From contig CAVSDB010000001.1 in assembly GCA_963726755.1 (NCBI GenBank), positions 429,127 to 493,126 on the forward strand: 64,000 bases of DNA. The letters are read 5' to 3'. The notes beneath the pieces are model-generated. The model was not told the DNA's origin and did not search any database. It was given only the letters and a program-made list of their open reading frames with translations. How positions within the stretch are numbered: position 1 is the stretch's first letter; every line of letters begins with the position of its first letter. Positions 10,914 to 22,176 of this stretch are shown here, one piece after another. Origin of the DNA: an uncultured Actinomycetota bacterium. GTDB taxonomy: Bacteria; Actinomycetota; Actinomycetes; JAHEKZ01. The position numbers and the translations under genes were made by a program.

Positions 10914-11035
10914 GGCGCGATGGTCCCTTCTCGTACCCGGGGGGTGGTCAGCAGGTCAGGCCAAGGCCAACGATAGTGGCGTGGACGGGCCGCTAGGGTC
11001 GCCAGTACAGGACTCACACTGGGAGGACGCTCGTT

Positions 11036-12746
11036 ATGGCATCGAGGCATTTCACCGTCGAGGTGGCCCCTGACGGAACTGAGCGACTTCAAGTCCACTC
11101 ACGAGGGATGGACGTGCTCGATAACCCGGAGTTGAACCGGGGCACGGGATTCACACTGGCAGAGCGAGAACATCTCGGTCTTCATGGTCTTCTGCCATCG
11201 GCCGTCGAGACGCTTGACGAGCAGGTTGCGCGCAGCTACGAACAGTTCAGCCAGTGCGAGACCGACGTGAGTAAGTGGGTCTTCCTGACCCAACTTCACG
11301 ACAGTAACGAGGTGCTGTTCTACAAGTTGATGGGCGAGCACGTGCGCGAGATGCTCCCGATTGTCTACACGCCGACCGTCGGGACGGCGATCCAGGAGTT
11401 CTCCCACCTCTTTCGGCGCCCACGCGGTGTCTTCTTGAACATCGACGATGTCGACGGCATCGATAAGGCGCTCGAATCCACCGGGCTAGGACCGGACGAC
11501 ATCGACTTGGTCGTTGCGTCAGATGCCGAGGCAATCCTCGGTATCGGTGACTGGGGCGTGGGTGGCATCGACATCTCCATCGGCAAACTCGCTGTCTACA
11601 CAGTCGCTGCGGGCATTGATCCCGGCGCGTGTGCTGGCGGTCGGACTCGACGTCGGTACGAATCGCGAGGAACTGCTGAACGATCCGCGTTATCTGGGGC
11701 TGCGGCGTTCTCGCGTTCGCGGCGAGGCGTACGACTCGTTCATCGACGCCTATGTGGCGAGCGCCAGCAAACGGTTCCCGAACGCAATTCTGCACTGGGA
11801 GGATTTCTCGGGTCCGCCGGCGCGCGGAATCCTGGCTCGCTATGGCGACACGTTGTGCACGTTCGACGATGACATCCAGGGCACCGCGGCCGTCGGACTG
11901 GCGTGTGTTCTGTCGGGCGTTCGCGTGTCGGGCGGACGTCTGGTCGACCAGAAGATCGTGGTCTTTGGGGCGGGCGCCGCGGGTGTCGGTATCGCGGACC
12001 TCATTGCACTGGCGATGACCGAAGACGGGCTATCGGCGGAAGAAGCCGCAGCCCGTATCTACTTGCTGGATCGACCGGGGCTGCTCACCGACGACATGAC
12101 CGACCTCTTCGACTACCAGAAGCCGTATGCCAAAGATCCGGCAGCGGTTGCTGGTTGGCGAACGGCCGACGGCACGTTGGGGCTTCAGCAGGTCGTCGAC
12201 AACCTGCATCCGACCATGCTTGTGGGCACGTCCGGGGTGACAGGCGCGTTCAACGAGGACGTGATCAAGTCGATGCTCGCGCACTGTCCCCGACCGATCA
12301 TCTTGCCGATGTCCAACCCGACCGTTCTGGCGGAACAAACCCCAGCGAAACTCCTCGAATGGACTGACGGCGCCGCTCTCGTGGCGACCGGCAGCCCGTT
12401 CGATCCGGTCGACTTCAATGGCACGACCTACCGCATCGGTCAGGCGAACAACGCGTTGATGTTCCCCGGCCTAGGACTGGGTGTCATCGTTTGTCGCGCG
12501 GCCACCATGCCGCCGTCGCTGTTCATTGCGGCCGCGCGCGCGCTCGCCAAACTTGCCGACCCCACTGATCCGGCGAAGGGCCTGTTGCCTGACATCTCGC
12601 GGCTACGCGAGGTCTCAGCGACGGTTGCTGTCGACGTCGTGAACACCGCGACGGCGGCCGGGATCGCACGAGTGAAAGTCGACGATCCCATCGAGTCAGT
12701 CCATGAAGCGATGTGGCAGCCCAAGTACCTACCCATCGTGCGTTAA
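11036..12746 (+). CDS. NAD(P)-dependent malic enzyme, apparent 1-nt insertion near 11625
   Basis: N-terminal ...LNRGTGFTLAEREHLGLHGLLP...VYTPTVG...GIGDWGVGGIDISIGKLAVYTVAAGIDP in frame 2, then ARVLAVGLDVGTNREELL...FGAGAAGVGIADLI...NNALMFPGLGLG in frame 0. Deleting one G in cccggcg restores GIDPARVLAVGLDVGT. Confidence 0.85.
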
Positions 12747-12757
12747 GGAGCACAGCC

Positions 12758-14500
12758 ATGGCTCAGACGGTCGCGGAGATCCTGGTTGCCCAGATGGTCG
12801 AGGTCGGCATTCGCAAGGTCTATGGAATCGTCGGTGACTCAGCGAACCCCGTGGTCGATGCGTTGCGACGCCACGAGAGCGACATCGAGTTCATTCATGT
12901 CCGCAATGAAGAGGCTGGAGCGTTCGCCGCGGGAGCTGATGCGCAGATCTCGGGACGACCGACAGCAGTCCTCGGTTCGTCTGGGCCAGGCAGCCTTCAC
13001 CTGCTCAACGGGCTGTACGACTGTCAACGGAACGCGGCTCCCGTCTTTGCCATTGCAACGCATATTCCGAGTACCGAGATCGGCAGCGGGTACTTCCAGG
13101 AGACCAACCCCGAGGCAATCTTCTCCGGCTGTTGCAATTACGTCGGGATGATTTCGACCCCGGCTGCGATGCCTCGGATCTCTGAGTTGGCGCTGCAGGC
13201 CGCCATCTTGGAGCGCGGGGTTGGAATGGTGATCCTGCCCGGCGACATCGCTGCGATGACAGTCGACAATCCGCTGCTCTCGCATCCGATCCTCACCCAC
13301 CGGCCGGTCAGCCGACCGACCGACGCAGTGCTCGATCGAGCGGTTGAACTCATCGGTGCGGCGAAGAAGATTGCCATCCACGGGGGCGAGGGCACGCGTC
13401 ATGCTCGCACCGAAGTGCTGCAGTTGTCGGACGTGCTGAAGGCGCCGGTCTCGTACGCGTACCGCGGTAAGGACGTCCTCGAGGCGGACAATCCGTCATC
13501 GGTTGGTATGACAGGGCTGCTTGGCTGGGGTGGCGCCACGGAGGCGCTGGCTGAATGCGACTTGCTCATCATGCTGGGCACGGACTTTCCGTACCACGCC
13601 TTCTTGCCCGCTGGTAAGACCATCATTCAGGTGGACGACAAGCCGCTCCACCTCGGTCGTCGTGCTGCGGTGGACCTCGGACTTGTTGGTGATGTTGGTG
13701 AAACGATTCGTGCTCTGATCCCGCGGCTACAACCGCGTACCGACTCGCACTTCCTCGACACCATCATTAAGCACCACCACAAGATGGTGGAGAGCATCCA
13801 GACGTATGCCACGCACGAAGGCAGTGGTGGTCCACTTCGACCTGAAATGGTGGCCACGGCTCTCAGCGACTTGGCTGAGGACGACGCGGTCTTCACTGTT
13901 GACACTGGTATGTGCAACGTGTGGGGAGCCCGTTATCTGCACATGAAACCCGGCCGCCGGATCCTGGCGTCGTTCAGCCATGGGTCGATGGCGAACTCGA
14001 TGCCGCAGGCGATCGGCGCCAAAGTTGGTTCACCGGATCGTCAGGTCATCGCGTTGTGCGGCGACGGTGGCTTCACGATGCTGATGGGCGAGATTCTCAC
14101 GGCTGCGGGACTCGATATCCCGGTGAAGCTCATGATTTTCAACAACTCAACGCTTGGCATGGTGCGAGCCGAGATGATGGTCGTCGGCTACGAACCGTGG
14201 GGGACCGACGTAAAGAACCCCGACTTCGGCGCGTTGGCTCAGGCGGCTGGCCTGCACGGTGAGCGCGTCGAGAAGGCAGCGGACATCCGGCCGGCGATCC
14301 AGCGGGCATTCGATCATCCCGGCCCCGCACTCATTGACTTCGTTACCGATCCCCGGGCGTTGGCGGTGCCGCCGCACACCACGCTCGAAGAAATCAAAGG
14401 TTTCTCGCTGTCGACCGCCAAACTTGTATTCGGTGGAGACTTCGCCGAGGTCTGGGGTCAGGCGAAATCCAACATCCGTGACGTGGGCCAAGCGCTCTGA
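12758..14500 (+). CDS. thiamine-diphosphate-dependent pyruvate oxidase / pyruvate dehydrogenase (quinone), PoxB-like
   Basis: MAQTVAEILVAQMVEVGIRKVYGIVGDS... N-terminal TPP-enzyme domain and the GDGGF thiamine-binding motif. About 580 aa, intact. Confidence 0.8.
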   Translation: MAQTVAEILVAQMVEVGIRKVYGIVGDSANPVVDALRRHESDIEFIHVRNEEAGAFAAGADAQISGRPTAVLGSSGPGSLHLLNGLYDCQRNAAPVFAIATHIPSTEIGSGYFQETNPEAIFSGCCNYVGMISTPAAMPRISELALQAAILERGVGMVILPGDIAAMTVDNPLLSHPILTHRPVSRPTDAVLDRAVELIGAAKKIAIHGGEGTRHARTEVLQLSDVLKAPVSYAYRGKDVLEADNPSSVGMTGLLGWGGATEALAECDLLIMLGTDFPYHAFLPAGKTIIQVDDKPLHLGRRAAVDLGLVGDVGETIRALIPRLQPRTDSHFLDTIIKHHHKMVESIQTYATHEGSGGPLRPEMVATALSDLAEDDAVFTVDTGMCNVWGARYLHMKPGRRILASFSHGSMANSMPQAIGAKVGSPDRQVIALCGDGGFTMLMGEILTAAGLDIPVKLMIFNNSTLGMVRAEMMVVGYEPWGTDVKNPDFGALAQAAGLHGERVEKAADIRPAIQRAFDHPGPALIDFVTDPRALAVPPHTTLEEIKGFSLSTAKLVFGGDFAEVWGQAKSNIRDVGQAL

Positions 14501-14556
14501 AACCTGCGCATGACTTCCGAGGTGTGGAGATCCTCTAACCGGGACACACTGGAGGG

Positions 14557-16068
14557 GTGAACACCTCGGCTGGGACGTCAGGGACGACCGCACTCGTTAC
14601 TGGGGCGAGCGGCTACATCGGCGGACGCTTGGTACCTGAACTGCTGGCCGCGGGTTTCAACGTCCGCGTATTGACCCGTCGAGCTGACCAGCTACGAGAT
14701 CGGCCGTGGTTTGGCGATGTCGAGGTTGCGGTCGGTGACGCCTCAGACCCCGAGGTAGTCGCCCAAGGCCTCAAGGGCGTCGACGTCGCCTACTACCTCC
14801 TGCATTCGTTGGTCAGTGGCGATGGATTTGAAGATGTTGAGCAGCGCATGGCTCAGACTTTCGCGTCCGCTGCCAAAGCTGCTGGTGTACAACGCATCAT
14901 CTACCTCGGCGGCTTGCTGCCGGTAGGCGATGAACTTTCACCCCACCTTCGGTCGCGCATGAAGGTGGGAGAGATCCTCCGCGACTCTGGAGTTCCGACC
15001 ATTGAATTGCGCGCGGCCATCATCATTGGTTCAGGGTCAGCTTCGTTTGAGATGCTGCGCTACCTCACTGAGCGACTCCCCGCGATGGTCACGCCGCGGT
15101 GGGTTCACAATCGCATTCAACCCATCGCGATCCGCGACGTGCTTCGCTACCTTGTCGCCGCTGCCGCACTTCCGAGTGAACTGAACCGCACGTTCGACAT
15201 TGGCGGGCCAGACATCTTGACGTATGCGGAGATGATGCAGCGGTATGCAGCAGTGGCAGGTTTGAGCCGCCGATGGATCGTTCCCGTTCCGGTGCTGTCT
15301 CCTACGCTGTCCAGCCACTGGGTGGGGCTGATTACTCCCGTTCCCAGCTCGATCGCTCGCCCACTCGTTGAGTCGCTACGTCACGAGGTGTTCTGCCACG
15401 AACATGACATCGACGCCTACGTCCCGGTGCCTTCAGGTGGACTCTTCGGGGTTGACCGCGCGATTAAGCAAGCACTGAGGCGAATCAAGGACGCCGACGT
15501 GGTTACTCGCTGGTCCAATGCGTCCCTTCGCGGCGCCTCCAGCGACCCGCTTCCCACTGATCCAGATTGGGCCGGCGGAAGCCTGTACACCGATGAGCGG
15601 GAGCAGCTCACCACTGCTTCACCCGCCGCGCTTTGGACAGTGATTGAAGGGATCGGCGGTGAACGGGGGTGGTACTCGTTCCCGTTGGCTTGGGGAGTAC
15701 GTGGGGCTATGGACCGCGTTGCCGGGGGCGTTGGGTTGCGTCGCGGCAGACGTGACCCGAATCGCCTGATGATCGGTGAGTCACTGGACTTTTGGCGGGT
15801 CGAAGAAATTGAGTCAGGTCGCCTGCTTCGGCTCCGTGCTGAGATGCGTCTACCCGGGCTGGCATGGCTCGAGATGAGTGTCGAAACTGCGCCGACGGTG
15901 TACCGGCAGCGTGCTGTCTTTCATCCCCGCGGCTTGCTTGGGCATGCCTATTGGTGGTCAGTCGCGCCATTCCACGGCATCGTGTTCGGTTCGATGGTGC
16001 GCAATATCACGCGTGCCGCGGAATCGAGCGAAGAACTCGATTCCGCGGCAACGCTTCCCAGCGGTTAG
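14557..16068 (+). CDS. NAD(P)H-binding (SDR/NmrA-like) protein with a C-terminal DUF2867-like domain
   Basis: TALVTGASGYIGGRLVPELLAAGFNVRVLTR Rossmann motif. 503 aa, intact. GTG start at 14557. Confidence 0.7.
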   Translation: MNTSAGTSGTTALVTGASGYIGGRLVPELLAAGFNVRVLTRRADQLRDRPWFGDVEVAVGDASDPEVVAQGLKGVDVAYYLLHSLVSGDGFEDVEQRMAQTFASAAKAAGVQRIIYLGGLLPVGDELSPHLRSRMKVGEILRDSGVPTIELRAAIIIGSGSASFEMLRYLTERLPAMVTPRWVHNRIQPIAIRDVLRYLVAAAALPSELNRTFDIGGPDILTYAEMMQRYAAVAGLSRRWIVPVPVLSPTLSSHWVGLITPVPSSIARPLVESLRHEVFCHEHDIDAYVPVPSGGLFGVDRAIKQALRRIKDADVVTRWSNASLRGASSDPLPTDPDWAGGSLYTDEREQLTTASPAALWTVIEGIGGERGWYSFPLAWGVRGAMDRVAGGVGLRRGRRDPNRLMIGESLDFWRVEEIESGRLLRLRAEMRLPGLAWLEMSVETAPTVYRQRAVFHPRGLLGHAYWWSVAPFHGIVFGSMVRNITRAAESSEELDSAATLPSG

Positions 16069-16448
16069 CTGAGAGCGGATGTCTTGAGCTTGTCGAACTC
16101 TGCCTGGTCAATCGCGCCGGAGTCGAGCAGTGCTTTCGCCGAGGCAATCTGATCGGCTGGTGAAGCGCCGCCGTACTGTGCGGCCATCTGCTTCTGCGCC
16201 TCGGCTATCTGCTTCGCCTGACGCTCCGCCATGCCGTGACCGCGCGCGATCAGGTAGATCAGGATCCCGAGGAACGGCAGGATCACAACGAAGATGACCC
16301 AGAGCGCTTTTGCCCCACCAGACAATTCGTGATCGCGGAACAGGTCCGAGAAGATCGTGAGGAGGAGCCAAAACCAAATCACGAACATGAAGAGTTCGAA
16401 CATCCAGAGCAGGACGTCTCCGTCTCCGAAACCAGAAAGCAAGTACAT
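16065..16448 (-). CDS. small membrane protein with a PLD-nuclease N-terminal-like TM domain and a C-terminal SHOCT domain
   Basis: MYLLSGFGDGDVLLWMFELFMFVIWFWLLLTIFSDLF... is hydrophobic, followed by ..AKALLDSGAIDQAEFDKLKTSAL (SHOCT-like). Confidence 0.55.
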   Translation of the reverse strand: MYLLSGFGDGDVLLWMFELFMFVIWFWLLLTIFSDLFRDHELSGGAKALWVIFVVILPFLGILIYLIARGHGMAERQAKQIAEAQKQMAAQYGGASPADQIASAKALLDSGAIDQAEFDKLKTSALS

Positions 16449-16464
16449 GTGATGCCTCTCTAGG

Positions 16465-17285
16465 TTGGGGAGGTTGACAGTAGCGGACGCAAGGAATCCG
16501 CAATGGCCGGATAGCCTGCGTTTCGTGATGGAGATCGGTCTGCTCATCGATCAGCTCGCGGACGATGGACCGCGGCTGGCAGCCGCCGCCGAACGTGCCG
16601 GGTGGGACGCTCCCGTACCGCGTACTCGCTGGACCGTACGCAAACTCGTCACCCACACCGGTGGAGTTCACAGATGGGCCGCTGACGTCGTGGGAGTTGG
16701 TTCGAAGACCCTGAACACCGAAGCGGGACGTGCCGTGGGTATAGGTCCCGGCGACGACGAGTTGCTGGACTGGTTCTTGAGCGGACATGCCGCCCTAGTC
16801 TCAACCCTTCGAGAGGCTCCGCCCGACCTAGTCGCTGACACGTTCCTGCCGGCACCCTCACCGCTGCACTTCTGGTCGCGTCGGCAGGCGCACGAGACGG
16901 CCGTCCACCGCGCAGATGCCGACGCAGCGTGCGGTGAGCTGACCAGCTTTGCGCCCGACTTTGCGCAGGACGGTATGAGCGAGATGCTGACTGGCTTCGC
17001 TGCCCGCAAGTCCAAGGCTGTTGATACCGAGGCGACGATTCTGCTCGAGGCGTCCGACGGACCATCGTGGTTGGTCACGCTCGGCGGTGACCAGACGCTT
17101 GCTGACGTCGTTGGCGAGGGTGACCCAGAGGACTGCCGATCGAAGATGGTGATCGACTTTTCGTGCGGGGCACCTCGTCGGACCTCTACCTGTGGCTGTG
17201 GAATCGCGATTCACGCGCGGTCCTCGACGGATCACAGCCGATCGCGGACCTTTGGGCCAAGGCGGTGCGGGTCCGCTGGTCGTGA
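16465..17285 (+). CDS. mycothiol-dependent maleylpyruvate isomerase family (DinB-like) protein, apparent frameshift near 17150-17170
   Basis: N-terminal ...WTVRKLVTHTGGVHRWAADVV... is MDMPI_N-like. The canonical C-terminus ..SSDLYLWLWNRDSRAVLDGSQPIADLWAKAVRVRWS* is in the other frame and ends at 17285. Confidence 0.7.
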
Positions 17286-18800
17286 GGTGAACCCACCGGC
17301 CGTTGCGGCCTGCAGGGCGAGCCAAAGGTCGACGCGGTCCGGTGTCGAAGCGAGTTCTCGACCGGTCAGCGACTCGACGCGGTCGAGTCGGTTGCGCAGG
17401 GTGTTGACGTGAACGTGCAGTTGGTCGGCGGTCTCTTGCCATCGGCCACCGGCGTCGAGGAACGCACGCAGCGTTGCCACCAGATCGCTGCCGTGGGCTG
17501 CGTCGTACTCCTCGAGCGGCGCGAGCAACGTCTCGCGGAACGCGTCGAGGACGTCTTGGTCTTGCAGCGCAAGCAGCAGACTGTGGCTCCCGGTCAGGGC
17601 ATGCGACACCACAGCACCGTCACCGCGACGTCGGCCGAGTTCGCACGCCTGCCGCGCTTGCACCAAGCTCCGTCGAAGCGCGGTGATGTCCTCGGTGACG
17701 TAGCCCGCTCCCACCGAGATCGCCGACAGCCAACCCGCGAGCAATGTCGCGGCCAGGGTCACCGACGCTCGCGTCGGCAGTAGCGCCGACCGTCAACCAC
17801 CAGCATGAGTTCGTCACCGCGCAATGCGACGACGCCGTCCACGCCGGCTTCGATCAGCCACCGTTCGGACGACTCGAGCGCGTGCTCTCGGTCGTTGACG
17901 GCACAGACAAACGGCAGCAGCGCACCGTCAGGATCGAGGCCGTAGTACGGCATCCGCGCCGACGCCGCTTCGACCTGGCGACCGAGCACAAGCGACACCA
18001 CTTCGCCGGCTAACCGACGTTCGGACTCCTTGACTGCGCGTTGACGAGCAAGCACCAAGCTGACAACCGGCCGCGCGACGTCGACGCGCGAACGCAACAA
18101 CAGGTCGCCGGAGTCATCGACCGCTACCGCGATCACTGCGGCTGGAACCCGATCGGTACCTACCGGCTGCACGACCCAACCGTCCATTTCGGTTCGTCCG
18201 GCTCGCGCTGCTTGTACGGCACGCTCGCGTACCGCGGACTCTGGCGCGCGTCCGGCTTGTGCGAGCAGCCGGCCAGTGTCGTCAGCGATCCATACGTCGT
18301 GACCGGTCGATCGCCGTAGCAACCGTGCGACGCCACCGAGCGCCGCTTCCGGCGACGAGTTCTCTGCCGCCGTAAGCAGGTCGGACGTCAGTTGCAACGT
18401 CTCTCTCAGCGCACCTTCGCGGTCGTCCGCGAGTCGCTCGACGAACCACTTCGAGATCGCGACGAACGGTGTACTCACCGGCACGACGACCAGCGGAACG
18501 TTGAGCTCTTGGCACGCCCGGCGTACCGCCACGGGTACGCGTTCGTCGCCGACGAGTAGGCCGTAGCCGATCCCAGCGATGTCGCGACTTCGTAGCGCAC
18601 GCACAAAGCCTTCGGCCGAGTGTCGACGGCCGCGCCATACCCCAGCAGTCAGGACGAACTCGCCGCCGACCAGATATGGGCGAGGCGTCGGCAAGTTCGG
18701 TGACGTGCACCCAGCGGATCTCGCGGTCGAGATCGCCGTCGACGAGAAGTTCGAGGCCGAGTGCGGGATCGGCGAGCAGGTCGCGGATGGTCGTGGGCAC
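17232..18800 (-). CDS. PucR-family transcriptional regulator, split across three ORF pieces. There is a frameshift near 18680. The junction at 17759-17762 is a GTGA stop-start overlap.
   Basis: MPTTIRDLLADPALGLELLVDGDLDREIRWVHVTELADASP continues as PYLVGGEFVLTAGVW in the other frame (PucR N-terminal domain). The C-terminal piece carries the PucR HTH (...HVHVNTLRNRLDRVESLTGREL..). Confidence 0.65.
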
Positions 18801-18927
18801 TGTATGAATCTACGACGCTTGGGGTGAAAGTCGCCAGGTTTCTACATAGGTAGGAGGACCTAAGTAGGAGCAAGATCTGCCCCAGTCGAGCGACCCGGTC
18901 CGGGCGCGGTCAGATCAAGGAGTCTTC

Positions 18928-20373
18928 ATGAGCGAGGTCACGAGCCAGCCGGTCGTCCCGGGTGGCATCGAGTCGAGATCCATCGACTGGGTTCCCGAGA
19001 ACGAACGGCACGGCCGCGTTTCGGCGCAGGGACCGTTCTGGTTCCTCGGCAACTTCCAGCCGTTCACGGTGGGTATCGGCATCCTCGGTCCGACGGTCTT
19101 TGGGCTGACGCTGGTCCAGACCGCCATCGCCGGCATCCTCGGGATCTTGTTCGGCACCATTTTCATGGCGTTCCATGCCTCGCAGGGGCCGACCTTTGGT
19201 CTACCTCAGATGGTGCAGTCACGCGCTCAGCTCGGCTACCGCGGCGTGATCTTGGCCCTGATCGCCACCGCGTTCACGTTCGTCATGTTCAACGTGGTCG
19301 ACACGGTCATCATCAAGCTGGGTCTCAACGGGATCTTCGGCTGGAACGACAACGTCATCGCGATCGTCATCACCATCATCGGCACCGTGCTGGCCATCTA
19401 CGGACACGACTGGTTGCACCGGGTGTTCCAGGCGCTCTTCTGGGTCTCGCTGCCGTTCTGGGTGATCCTCACTCTCGGCATCATCTTCGGTTCGGCCGGT
19501 GGTCAGGCTGCCGCACCAACGACACTAACAACCGCCGGATTCCTTGGAATGTTTACGGTTGCCGCGTCGTACAACATCACGTACGCGCCCTACGTCTCTG
19601 ACTACACGCGCTACCTGCCCCGCAACACCAAGGTCAGCGCCATCGTGTTGTCGGTCTTCATCGGTGCGGCCGGTTCGCCGATCTGGCTGATCCCGCTGGG
19701 CGCTTGGCTTGGCGAAGCTCTGGGAGTGTCTGACCCGCTGCTCGGGATCTACACCGCTGGTAACAACGTCTTCGACGGTCTCGGCGGGATTCTCACGGTG
19801 CTCTCGGTGCTGGCCCTGGTCGCCACGATGGGCCTAAACGCCTACAGCGGCATGCTCACGATCGTGACCGGTATCGACTCCTTGCGTCCGGTTAACCCCA
19901 CTCGCACCATCCGGATCGCGGTCATCGTGGTGCTTGCTGTCGTGTGGCTGCTGCTGGCGAGCTTGCTCGAGAACGCGTCAACGGCTCTGGCCAACAGCTT
20001 GCTCGTGATGTTGTACCTGCTTGCTCCGTGGACCGCGATCAACCTGATGGACTACTTCTTCGTCCGACGTGGTCACTACGCAATCACTGACCTGTTCAGC
20101 CCGAACGGGATCTACGGTGCGTGGGCATGGCGCGGCATTGTCGCGTTGCTCATCGGTATCGCAGTGGAGTTCCCCTTCATGGTCGTTGGAACCACCTATA
20201 CCGGGTTCATCGCCAGCGACTACCTCCAATACGTCGACATCTCGTGGATGGTCGGCATGGTTGTGGGTGGCGGGCTGTACTACATCTTCACGCGATCGCT
20301 CGACGTCGCGGGCGAGCAGTCGGCTATCGACGCCAGCGAGCAAGTACTGCGCGACACCGGTGTGGCGCGATGA
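18928..20373 (+). CDS. NCS1-family (purine-cytosine / hydantoin-type) permease
   Basis: 481 aa, 12 predicted TM segments. N-terminal ...[32 protein letters not shown] is typical of CodB/NCS1. The stop overlaps the next start (ATGA). Confidence 0.8.
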   Translation: MSEVTSQPVVPGGIESRSIDWVPENERHGRVSAQGPFWFLGNFQPFTVGIGILGPTVFGLTLVQTAIAGILGILFGTIFMAFHASQGPTFGLPQMVQSRAQLGYRGVILALIATAFTFVMFNVVDTVIIKLGLNGIFGWNDNVIAIVITIIGTVLAIYGHDWLHRVFQALFWVSLPFWVILTLGIIFGSAGGQAAAPTTLTTAGFLGMFTVAASYNITYAPYVSDYTRYLPRNTKVSAIVLSVFIGAAGSPIWLIPLGAWLGEALGVSDPLLGIYTAGNNVFDGLGGILTVLSVLALVATMGLNAYSGMLTIVTGIDSLRPVNPTRTIRIAVIVVLAVVWLLLASLLENASTALANSLLVMLYLLAPWTAINLMDYFFVRRGHYAITDLFSPNGIYGAWAWRGIVALLIGIAVEFPFMVVGTTYTGFIASDYLQYVDISWMVGMVVGGGLYYIFTRSLDVAGEQSAIDASEQVLRDTGVAR

Positions 20374-21758
20374 CCGCGGTCGACGCACAAAGTGATGAGG
20401 CACGGCTCGCCGAGGTTGGTGAGGCAGCGGACGGACTCGTCAAAGCGTTCGGTTCTCACGACCGCGACGCGTACTTCGAGGCGTTCGCACCCGAGGCGAC
20501 GTTCGTGTTCCATCCGTCACCGGAGCGCCTCGAGTCGCGCGCTGACTACGAGCGAGAGTGGGCGGCGTGGGAGTTCGACGGTTTCCACGTCGAGTCGTGC
20601 GAAAGTCTCGATCGACGCATCGACCTGATCACTCCCGACGTCGCGGTGATGACGCACAGCGTCCGCACCCGCCTGGCGGGTGTCGAGGAAACGCAGCGCG
20701 AACGCGAGACGATCGTGTTTAGGCGATCGCCGGACGGCGCATGGTCGGCGGTGCACGAGCATCTGTCGCCGGACCCTGGGAACGGACACATGAGCGGAGA
20801 GCCGTCGCCGATCGGACCGCCCAGCGCGGTTGAGGTTCCCCGCTTCGCCGGACCCGACACGTTCGCGCGGCTCCCGCGACTCGACCAGGTCGAGCACGCC
20901 GGCGTCGCGGTGCTTGGTATCCCGTTCGACTCCGGTGTCTCGTACCGTTCCGGCGCCCGCTTCGGCCCCCAGGGGATCCGCGCAGGTTCGAAACTGCTGC
21001 GGCCGTATCACCCGTGGCTCGACGTCAACCCGTGGGATGTGCAGCAGGTTGTCGACGCGGGGGACGTTGCTGCCAACCCGTTCGATCTGCTGGCCGCGGT
21101 CGGTCAGGTCGAGGCAGCGGCACGTTCGTTGCTCACGAAAGCCGACCGCATCGTGACGATCGGTGGCGACCACACCATCGCGCTTCCGCTACTGCGAGCA
21201 GTGGCGGCGCAACATGGTCCCGTCGCGCTGGTGCACTTCGATGCGCACCTGGACACGTGGGACACGTACTTCGGCGCGCCCTATACGCACGGCACACCGT
21301 TTCGTCGCGCAGTCGAAGAGGGTTTGCTTGATCTCGATGTCTCAGCGCACGTCGGTATTAGAGGACCGCTCTACGCAGCGAAGGACCTCGTCGAGGACAA
21401 GCAGTTGGGCTTCGCGATCGTCAGCACCGAGGACGTCGCTCGACGCGGCGTCGACGAAGCGATCGACCGAGTGCGCTCGCGAGTGGGGGACCGTCCGGTG
21501 TACGTCTCCATCGACATCGACGTCCTCGACCCGGCGCACGCACCGGGGACTGGTACGCCGGAGCCCGGCGGTCTGACGTCGCGCGAACTGCAGATGATTC
21601 TGCGCGGGTTCACCGGACTCAACCTCGTCGGCGGCGACGTCGTCGAGGTGGCGCCGGCGTACGACCACGCCGAACTCACCACCATCGCAGCGGCCAACGT
21701 TGTTTATGAGTTGCTCGGACTCATGGCACTACAGAAAACTCAGGGGAGTCAGTCATGA
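20370..21758 (+). CDS. arginase/agmatinase-family ureohydrolase (guanidino-amidinohydrolase) with an N-terminal SnoaL/NTF2-like (DUF4440-like) domain in the same frame
   Basis: Residues about 1-135 are NTF2-like (..[15 protein letters not shown]..). Then comes ...[13 protein letters not shown]...[22 protein letters not shown]...GGDHTIALP...HFDAHLDTW...[23 protein letters not shown] (manganese-site motifs). There is no stop codon between the two parts. Confidence 0.75.
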   Translation: MTAVDAQSDEARLAEVGEAADGLVKAFGSHDRDAYFEAFAPEATFVFHPSPERLESRADYEREWAAWEFDGFHVESCESLDRRIDLITPDVAVMTHSVRTRLAGVEETQRERETIVFRRSPDGAWSAVHEHLSPDPGNGHMSGEPSPIGPPSAVEVPRFAGPDTFARLPRLDQVEHAGVAVLGIPFDSGVSYRSGARFGPQGIRAGSKLLRPYHPWLDVNPWDVQQVVDAGDVAANPFDLLAAVGQVEAAARSLLTKADRIVTIGGDHTIALPLLRAVAAQHGPVALVHFDAHLDTWDTYFGAPYTHGTPFRRAVEEGLLDLDVSAHVGIRGPLYAAKDLVEDKQLGFAIVSTEDVARRGVDEAIDRVRSRVGDRPVYVSIDIDVLDPAHAPGTGTPEPGGLTSRELQMILRGFTGLNLVGGDVVEVAPAYDHAELTTIAAANVVYELLGLMALQKTQGSQS

Positions 21759-22171
21759 AATTGCTCGTCGCGATCGACGGTTCGGAGCACTCGGACAAAG
21801 CTGTGGCCACGGCTGGTCGCCTAGCGGCAGCCACCTCGGCCGACGTGGTCGTCATCCATCAGCGCAGCGACATCGCGACCGACCATGGACCGGCTTCTCC
21901 CTCATCGGAACGGACCGACGATGCACAGACGCTGGTCGACTCGGCTGTAGCCGCGCTCACGACGGCTGGTACTGGTTCGGTGCAAGGACGGGTCGTCCGA
22001 GGGCTGCGCGGTGAAGAGGCGCAGGCGATCCTCGACGTCGCTCGCGACGAGGACGCCGACATCATCGTCGTCGGCCATCGCGGTTTGGGTCGGCTCGCGG
22101 GGCTACTCGTGGGCAGCGTGACTGACAAACTCGTACAACTATCTGACCGCGCCGTCCTCGTTGTTCACTGA
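21755..22171 (+). CDS. universal stress protein (UspA family)
   Basis: [17 protein letters not shown]...[36 protein letters not shown]. Overlaps the preceding stop (ATGA). Confidence 0.8.
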   Translation: MKLLVAIDGSEHSDKAVATAGRLAAATSADVVVIHQRSDIATDHGPASPSSERTDDAQTLVDSAVAALTTAGTGSVQGRVVRGLRGEEAQAILDVARDEDADIIVVGHRGLGRLAGLLVGSVTDKLVQLSDRAVLVVH

Positions 22172-22176
22172 CGGGC

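Noticed and set aside
17759-17762. The PucR C-terminal HTH piece (17232-17762) as an independent gene
   Set aside because: The GTGA stop-start overlap would permit a separate 176-aa HTH protein. However, PucR HTH domains normally sit at the C-terminus of a single polypeptide, and the N-terminal part of this gene already shows one clear frameshift. I therefore treat it as one gene with sequence errors, while flagging the alternative.
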